Source: Cyanobacteria bacterium P01_G01_bin.39 (GTDB lineage: Bacteria > Cyanobacteriota > Cyanobacteriia > Cyanobacteriales > Xenococcaceae). From it: a stretch of 26,265 nucleotides of DNA. Made by a program: the position numbers and the translations under genes. The notes below the pieces were generated by a model, which saw only the letters and a list, made by a program, of their open reading frames with translations, was not told where the DNA came from and did no database searches. Numbering within the stretch: position 1 is the first letter of the stretch; every line of letters begins with the position of its first letter. Location of the stretch: NCBI GenBank assembly GCA_039180345.1, contig JBCDDK010000096.1, positions 1 to 26,265 on the forward strand, read 5' to 3'. Of the stretch, positions 24,931 through 26,265 are shown piece by piece.

Positions 24931-26265
24931 TCAAGAGCAGTTCAACGAACCTTCAGCCAGGCGATCGCCTGCATTATTAGTGCGATATGCTGTTAATACT
25001 ATTCCCCCATCTTCTGTGACTTTAATCCCTCTGGCGGGCTGTATTTTTCCCTGGCTAGTTTCCAAGGGTTGGGGGATGGTAGAGGTTGGGGTAGTATATT
25101 CGCTATTAATAGAAATATTGTGGGAATTTAAGGGGGATTGTGGAGTCAGAGGAACACCACCTTTACCTTTGATTACTAAACTATTTTGGGCGGTCGTCTG
25201 TCTGCTAGCAGCACAGGCTTGAGCTGTGGTTTGCTGAGGCTCTACTATATTATTAGGTAATTCAGTTTCCCTCTGAATAGGATTAACATCAGGCGTAAAA
25301 ATTGAGATAGTGCCATCTAAACCAGATTCAGATCTTACATCAATGTCGTTAATCTGATTATTGGGAGTAGCATCTCTCTCCTCGATTCCTAAAAGAGACT
25401 CTGCGCTAATAGTAATTTTCCCTCCATTTCCTTGTTCTGCATTAGCGATAATATCACTACCATTGCCTTCTATTTCGTTGGGAAAAGCAACAATAAATCT
25501 GGCATCAATATCTAGATTGCCGCCATTAGCCTCTTCAAAAGCGCGAGCAGAAATAGTGCTATTGTTTTTTAGGATAATGTCTTCAGCAATTTGTAAGTTA
25601 ATAATTCCTCCCTGTCCAAATGTTGTTGAGGCGTTAATATTTGCATTATTATCTAGACTAAGTGAGTTAGCCTTTACTGTTAATTGCCCAGCATTACCTT
25701 CACCCAAACTTTCAGCATTAAATAAAGCACTGTCAGTTAATAAAATTGAGTCAGCACTAACATCAAGATCACCTCCATCACCGATTGCTCCTGGGCTAAT
25801 AATAGTAAATACTCCACTACTGAATCCTTCACTATTGAATCCACTAGCTATAAAATTATCATCAATATCAAGGTTGACATTTCCAGCATTTCCTTCTCCA
25901 CCAGGAATGTTGTCTACTGTACCAAAAACACCAGCTTGGATTTGAGAACCTTCGCTTAAGGTTAGAGAATTTGCCTTGATATCAATATTTCCTCCATCAC
26001 CGATTGCTCCTGTATTTACAGTACTAGTAATAAAACTACTATTTGATAAAGAAACATCGTCATTGACTTTAACTATTATGCTTCCAGCATTACCTTGACC
26101 TGAAGTGCTGCTGACAATTTGACCACCATCATTTAAATCAAGAGAGCCAGCAGTAATTGAAATCGCTCCACTTTCTCCTGTTGCGCCTAAATCTAAGCTA
26201 CTGGAAATCAAGCTGGCAAAACTATTATCAACTCCACCAGTATTGAAGACATCACTGACACCTGA
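24931..26265 (-). CDS. C-terminal part of a large beta-helical exoprotein (filamentous-haemagglutinin-like); the 5' end lies outside the window
   Basis: The frame stays open through 26265, and the track start at 26211 is only an internal TTG. It has degenerate ~20-25-aa repeats (G-x-G-N-A-G-x-I/L-x-V/I-x-A-x-S-L-x-L). The tail ...ACAASRQTTAQNSLVIKGKGGVPLTP... is typical of cyanobacterial FHA-family proteins. Confidence 0.7.
   Translation of the reverse strand, partial: SGVSDVFNTGGVDNSFASLISSSLDLGATGESGAISITAGSLDLNDGGQIVSSTSGQGNAGSIIVKVNDDVSLSNSSFITSTVNTGAIGDGGNIDIKANSLTLSEGSQIQAGVFGTVDNIPGGEGNAGNVNLDIDDNFIASGFNSEGFSSGVFTIISPGAIGDGGDLDVSADSILLTDSALFNAESLGEGNAGQLTVKANSLSLDNNANINASTTFGQGGIINLQIAEDIILKNNSTISARAFEEANGGNLDIDARFIVAFPNEIEGNGSDIIANAEQGNGGKITISAESLLGIEERDATPNNQINDIDVRSESGLDGTISIFTPDVNPIQRETELPNNIVEPQQTTAQACAASRQTTAQNSLVIKGKGGVPLTPQSPLNSHNISINSEYTTPTSTIPQPLETSQGKIQPARGIKVTEDGGIVLTAYRTNNAGDRLAEGSLNCS

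Noticed and set aside
19241-25945. Nested or antisense ORFs inside the RHS, M16 and FHA-like genes (19241..19438, 19589..19810, 19629..19832, 22953..23135, 23815..24063, 24980..25222, 25361..25945).
   Set aside because: They are shadow frames of repeat-rich coding sequence. The 194-aa ORF at 25361..25945 is the low-complexity antisense of the beta-helix repeats.

Overview
This looks like cyanobacterial chromosomal DNA. By eye there are about 18 perfect HIP1 octamers (GCGATCGC), STRR-type heptamer repeats in several intergenic spacers, an HLIP gene and an nblA-like relic. The left part (1-9.9 kb) is ordinary housekeeping: a Wzc/GumC-like polysaccharide co-polymerase with a P-loop domain, acetyl-CoA synthetase, tRNA-Arg(UCU), a small membrane protein, an HLIP, a cysteine-less rhodanese, an internally duplicated unknown protein, a NupC-family nucleoside transporter and a VanZ-like protein. 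The middle (10.2-23.4 kb) is AT-rich and looks accessory. It starts with two translationally coupled small ORFs (one unknown, one HEAT-like). Next is an NB-ARC/TPR STAND (NLR-like) NTPase with no usable start codon. Its reading frame is separated from a 133-codon N-terminal-domain ORF by a one-nucleotide frame change that falls exactly on an in-phase A_AAA_AAG heptamer. Its TPR sensor is built from six near-identical 120-bp units. A convergent MsbA-like ABC exporter follows, then a gene-poor 2.2-kb spacer holding two degraded copies of pieces of the downstream RHS gene. The RHS/YD-repeat protein is 1472 aa. Its post-core C-terminal region is not a recognisable enzyme toxin: it has a glycine-rich hydrophobic segment, DxDxDG calcium loops and RTX nonapeptide repeats. 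An overlapping out-of-frame ORF then encodes a duplicated beta-rich domain. The right end carries an M16 peptidase homologue lacking HxxEH and the 3' part of a filamentous-haemagglutinin-like exoprotein that runs off the window. I saw no transposase, integrase, CRISPR array or rRNA. All homology calls are from motif recognition by eye; no searches were run.
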